A stretch of DNA of 62,178 bases, filler included. It is 7 parts of 7 records of this genome, joined end to end, with 100 filler letters (N's around TTAATTAATTAA, not from the genome) between each part and the next. Parts side by side here need not be neighbours in the genome. Positions count along the whole stretch, not along the records: positions 56,615 to 62,178 come from SRR31156797_43211; 6 more parts are not named here. The stretch is one strand, 5' to 3'. Below, piece by piece: positions 58,790-62,178 of the stretch (its first letter is position 1; each line of letters begins with the position of its first letter). The notes beneath the pieces are model-generated. The model had not been told where the DNA came from. It searched no databases and saw only the letters and a program-made list of their open reading frames with translations. The position numbers and the translations under genes are program-made.

Positions 58790-58806
58790 ATCCATTTCAT
58801 GAAATG

Positions 58807-58845
58807 AAAACAAGGGCTACCCGATGCGGGTAGCCCTTGTTTTTT
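58807..58845. terminator. Bidirectional rho-independent terminator between radC and traN
   Basis: AAAACAAGGGCTACCCG-ATG-CGGGTAGCCCTTGTTTT perfect stem. Confidence 0.9.
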
Positions 58846-58861
58846 GTGTTCTATTTCTAAC

Positions 58862-59743
58862 TTATATTCTCCCGACATTTATCGCTTTTACCAGGTCTTT
58901 GTTTTTTACGATAAAACGTTGATGCCGCCCCCCGTTCTTTTCAAATAGCTCAATGATCAATTGTTTCTTGTCAGGGATAGTAAATGATTCGAAAACAAAA
59001 ACAGTTGCTTCAGTAGAACTGCCATCAATAGTAGTAACGTTATTAAAAGCACAAATCGGTTTTATAACCGTCTCCTGAATGGCTGTTCTTTTGGCCACTT
59101 TCTTGTCCACTATTTTAAAGTTTAGAAAATCAACTTCGAATGGAATATCAGTAGTGTTTTCCAGCTCCGTGCGAAAGTAGATCAATCCATTCTGACTGTA
59201 CAGGCCGGTTAAAGAGTATTCAATTCCGAACTGTTTGCTATTGATGTTTTTAACGTGCTTTTTCCTGACGTTATAAATTTTCTCCATAGCCAACCGGATG
59301 TCCTGTGGTGTTTTGTTTCCGAGTTCGGAAAGCTGAATCTCCACCGAGTTGTTCGGCTGGTTGCCCAATTTGTATTCATGCAAAAAATCTTTCATTTCGA
59401 TATTCAACTTCGCAGGATTTTCGGCATAGTTGACAATGAATGAATAAAAACTGCCCTCGTCGGTTATCACGGAAAAATTAGTTTCGTCTGAAAAATCTTT
59501 CACAGAAGCTTTTACCCGGACCACATTTTCAGCGCCGTCGGCCTTGCCGGCAATAATATTCGATGAGCCAAGATCGATATAGGATATGGCTGCCGGGAAT
59601 AGAATATGGACAGTTTTATTGTAGGTAACCTCGATGTGGTAGGATGAAATCACCCGGTCTTTGGAAATGACTTTGGTGTATTGATTTTGAGCAAAAAGTG
59701 AAAGGCTGCTCATTAGTAATATGGTTATTAATAATTGTTTCAT
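58862..59743 (-). CDS. traN: Conjugative transposon TraN
   Basis: KTVHILFP, YIDLGS, ENVVRVKA, ETNFSVIT, DKKVAKRTAIQE, EKNGGRHQ. Confidence 0.93.
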   Translation of the reverse strand: MKQLLITILLMSSLSLFAQNQYTKVISKDRVISSYHIEVTYNKTVHILFPAAISYIDLGSSNIIAGKADGAENVVRVKASVKDFSDETNFSVITDEGSFYSFIVNYAENPAKLNIEMKDFLHEYKLGNQPNNSVEIQLSELGNKTPQDIRLAMEKIYNVRKKHVKNINSKQFGIEYSLTGLYSQNGLIYFRTELENTTDIPFEVDFLNFKIVDKKVAKRTAIQETVIKPICAFNNVTTIDGSSTEATVFVFESFTIPDKKQLIIELFEKNGGRHQRFIVKNKDLVKAINVGRI

Positions 59744-59772
59744 GATGATCTTTTTAAATGATGAATTGTATT

Positions 59773-61056
59773 TTATTTGATGGGCATCAGCAATATCCGG
59801 TGCCCTGCTTTTAAGGTAACTTTTGTGGTTCTGAGTTTCTTGGAAACATACTGCGATGTACCTTGTATAAAACTTCGTCCCACATCGGCTGCCAGTTGTT
59901 CGCCTGCGGTAGTTCCCTGATTGATGCTAATACTCGTTCCGGCATCGCGTCCCATGGTGGCAGTAATTTCCTTAAAAGCACTTACCTCAACCGAACCGGG
60001 AATAAACAAACCAGGTTGTCCGTCGGTGTCATAAGCTGTGAGTTGCACCGGGGTGATATTTCCGTTTTGTTCCAGCGAATTGATAAAAATATGTAAGCGT
60101 TCTCCCTGGAGCCGGGCAATACCCGTGATCAAAGCATTCTTTTGAAAGTGGAGCCCACCGGTTTCGATGGCTTCAAGTAATCGTAGCTGCACATTTTGTC
60201 CGTTAACCAGTTTTTGAGTGCTGTTTACACAGGCATTAATAGTGTTCCGTTCCGTGGTTTCCGGCTTGTCTTCTGCTGATATAAATGAATAGTTCCGGGG
60301 ATGTGAAACCTGCTTCAATAACAATGAATCGGAAACCGTTTGATGTAATGCCGTCGTTGTATTTTTTGTTGAAACGACTACCGGCTTGACGATCTCCTCG
60401 TCTTCATGCGACCTTACTGACTGACTGGTTTCAGCAACCGACAGATTTGGTTGTACTGGCGCATTCTTTGGCATATATTTAGCCGCCATCTGGTACGATT
60501 TTTCCATTAACAGCAGTTGCTCGTCAATACTGTTGTCTTGCTCCTTTTCAGCCAGTTGCTGCTTCAAAGCTTCAAGCTCTGCTTTTAGCTTTTCGTTTTC
60601 AGGATTCGCTTTTGGTTTTTCGTAAAAGCTGCCCAAGGTGTTATTAATATTGTTATAAGCCGAAGCAGAACTTTGTATCGCCCGTTTGGGCTGCTGGCTT
60701 CCCGAATATTTTTCCGACAAACTATTTTCTGCTTTTGCAGAAGAAAGTAAATCAAACTTTTCCGGTTCGTCCTTTTTAATCATTGACGAAAACTCATCCA
60801 GCGAACGCACAGGTTTTTGCTGAAAAAGTGCTGCCTGGTCGAAGGCGTTGATTTTATCCTTCAGCAGATCCTCTTCCTGCGGTAATGGAATTTCTGTATT
60901 TAATCCATTAACTGTCTTGTTATCCTCTTTGTCCGATGGCTTAAAAATCAGCCACATACTTGCCCCAAAAACAAGGGACATCAAAGCAAATACGGCGTAC
61001 TTTTTAAGTACCTGCTTTTGCCCCGGTTTCAGGAGTGTTTTATTGTTTTTGTCCAT
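59773..61056 (-). CDS. traM: Conjugative transposon TraM (VirB10-like)
   Basis: WLIFKP, LMEKSYQMAAKYMP, LRLLE, YDTDGQPGLFIPGS, KVTLKAG. Confidence 0.92.
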   Translation of the reverse strand: MDKNNKTLLKPGQKQVLKKYAVFALMSLVFGASMWLIFKPSDKEDNKTVNGLNTEIPLPQEEDLLKDKINAFDQAALFQQKPVRSLDEFSSMIKKDEPEKFDLLSSAKAENSLSEKYSGSQQPKRAIQSSASAYNNINNTLGSFYEKPKANPENEKLKAELEALKQQLAEKEQDNSIDEQLLLMEKSYQMAAKYMPKNAPVQPNLSVAETSQSVRSHEDEEIVKPVVVSTKNTTTALHQTVSDSLLLKQVSHPRNYSFISAEDKPETTERNTINACVNSTQKLVNGQNVQLRLLEAIETGGLHFQKNALITGIARLQGERLHIFINSLEQNGNITPVQLTAYDTDGQPGLFIPGSVEVSAFKEITATMGRDAGTSISINQGTTAGEQLAADVGRSFIQGTSQYVSKKLRTTKVTLKAGHRILLMPIK

Positions 61057-61306
61057 CTGTTAAATCTTTTAAATGATAATTGATACTGTCTTGTGGGAAG
61101 TCAAGTGGAGTGATGTGTTCAATCTGAAACAGGCCTTTTACTTCCTGATCACGGAACGAATCCCAAAGAACAAGAGCAAAAAGAAGTGTAAACAAAAAGC
61201 ACATCCCCAGAACCACCATTCTTCGTTTTTTCTCAGGAATGCTGTCACAACTCCCTTTGAGTTTTTCACGGCTAAGCCGTTTGAACTCCGAAAATCCATT
61301 TCTCAT
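61040..61306 (-). CDS. TraL-like small membrane protein
   Basis: Between traK and traM; one TM segment, IEHI motif. Confidence 0.7.
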   Translation of the reverse strand: MRNGFSEFKRLSREKLKGSCDSIPEKKRRMVVLGMCFLFTLLFALVLWDSFRDQEVKGLFQIEHITPLDFPQDSINYHLKDLTDGQKQ

Positions 61307-61310
61307 GGCT

Positions 61311-61934
61311 CTACCTTGTTACCGTTTGAATATCGTTGTTCTGTACTACCTCAAAGTTCTCCACGGTAAAACCATGTGGATTATTATCGCTGCGAACTGA
61401 GTTGATAAGCGTGCATCTTGTCACAAGGTTCCGCTCCGTGATATTGCTTTCGCGGATAATCAGCTGACGGGCGTAAGTTGATGCAGTATAAGGATAGTTC
61501 ATAAAGTCAACCACTACACTATCCACTTGCAACGTTTGGTTGATATTTGCTGATATGATCCGGTTGAAATAGCCTTTCTCCAACAGGTCTTTGTAATAGG
61601 TGTACACGCTTTTATCAGCCAGAAACATGGCCCGGTCAATGTTGGATTCAATGGCATTTTTATCGGGCGAAAGCGTAAAAAACAACTCATGAAAACGCCG
61701 GATATGTTCCCGCGCCTCTACTGGACGGTTTTGTGCCAAATCCTGGGAAAGGGCAAGAATCAGGGATTTTCCTTTGTCCAGGACATAAATCTTTTGTCGT
61801 TGCTTTTCAGCATAACTGTAGGCACTAAACACCGAATATCCGCTAATACCAGCGCAAAGGACAATAAACACGATCCCAAAGAAACGGATCTGCCTGAAGC
61901 TTGTTTCAATATTTTTTAATGATTTAAATTCCAT
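61311..61934 (-). CDS. traK: Conjugative transposon TraK
   Basis: MEFKSLKNIETSF, NRPVEAREH, FHELFFTLSPD, RSDNNPHGF. Confidence 0.95.
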   Translation of the reverse strand: MEFKSLKNIETSFRQIRFFGIVFIVLCAGISGYSVFSAYSYAEKQRQKIYVLDKGKSLILALSQDLAQNRPVEAREHIRRFHELFFTLSPDKNAIESNIDRAMFLADKSVYTYYKDLLEKGYFNRIISANINQTLQVDSVVVDFMNYPYTASTYARQLIIRESNITERNLVTRCTLINSVRSDNNPHGFTVENFEVVQNNDIQTVTR

Positions 61935-61945
61935 AATTTTTTGAT

Positions 61946-62176
61946 TTACTTTTTTAATAGTTTTCCGGTCATATTGCCTGCTGATGCACCGGCAACACCT
62001 GCTGCCATCGAAGCTGTTTTCCCGGCTGACGATGTCACATTCTTTCCATAGTTACCCATACCACCTGCCATGATGATCCATCCGGCAACAGTTGGGATAG
62101 TGAAATACCCGATAATGCCAATAATCATAAATACAATGTAAACGCCGTTGGATGCTTCGACCGAATAGTTCGCATC
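61946..62176 (-). CDS. traJ: Conjugative transposon TraJ (VirB6-like), C-terminal fragment
   Basis: VYIVFMIIGIIGYFTIPTVAGWII..GG; open to window end; directly upstream of traK. Confidence 0.88.
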   Translation of the reverse strand, partial: DANYSVEASNGVYIVFMIIGIIGYFTIPTVAGWIIMAGGMGNYGKNVTSSAGKTASMAAGVAGASAGNMTGKLLKK

Positions 62177-62178
62177 GG

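Larger units (their letters stand above)
56615..62178. mobile_element. Part of a Bacteroidota conjugative transposon/ICE
   Basis: traJ-K-L-M-N in CTnDOT order plus radC; element ends not visible. Confidence 0.85.

Noticed and set aside
1-62178. rRNA, tRNA, IS transposases or prophage
   Set aside because: None recognised by eye; a covariance-model scan would be needed to exclude small RNAs.

Overview
This window is not one locus. It is seven unrelated contigs joined by artificial 100-nt spacers (44 N + TTAATTAATTAA + 44 N), so gene neighbourhoods cannot be read across spacers. Gene content suggests at least two lineages: Desulfobacterota-like (contigs 1, 2, 3, 5, probably 6) and Bacteroidota (contigs 4, 7). 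(1) 1-12448: nonulosonic-acid (NeuB/NeuA) glycan operon that also carries a radical SAM enzyme and a DUF692/MNIO-type iron enzyme, then a CheY-CheC-diguanylate cyclase module. (2) 12549-18050: NACHT-like/pentapeptide-repeat protein with a degenerate P-loop, divergent from a VgrG fused to at least 57 uninterrupted collagen Gly-X-Y triplets. (3) 18151-25554: sigma-54 activator and an operon for an enolase-superfamily enzyme, a non-pyrrolysine MttB-family methyltransferase and a BCCT transporter. (4) 25655-35897: HEPN-like ORF, PfkB kinase, S9 peptidase, T9SS IgGFc-binding protein, mbnP-mbnH pair. (5) 35998-44909: bacterial microcompartment (BMC) operon whose only visible candidate signature enzyme is an FAD amine/D-amino-acid dehydrogenase, with a [2Fe-2S] partner carrying a predicted encapsulation peptide. 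(6) 45010-56514: polysaccharide glycosyltransferase cluster. (7) 56615-62178: Bacteroidota conjugative element (traJ-N, radC) with two related long hairpins that resemble single-stranded-DNA promoters. Best novelty candidates: the flavin-dehydrogenase BMC, the VgrG-collagen fusion, the candidate ssDNA promoters and the MNIO in a sugar operon. All calls come from motif recognition by eye; no searches were run.
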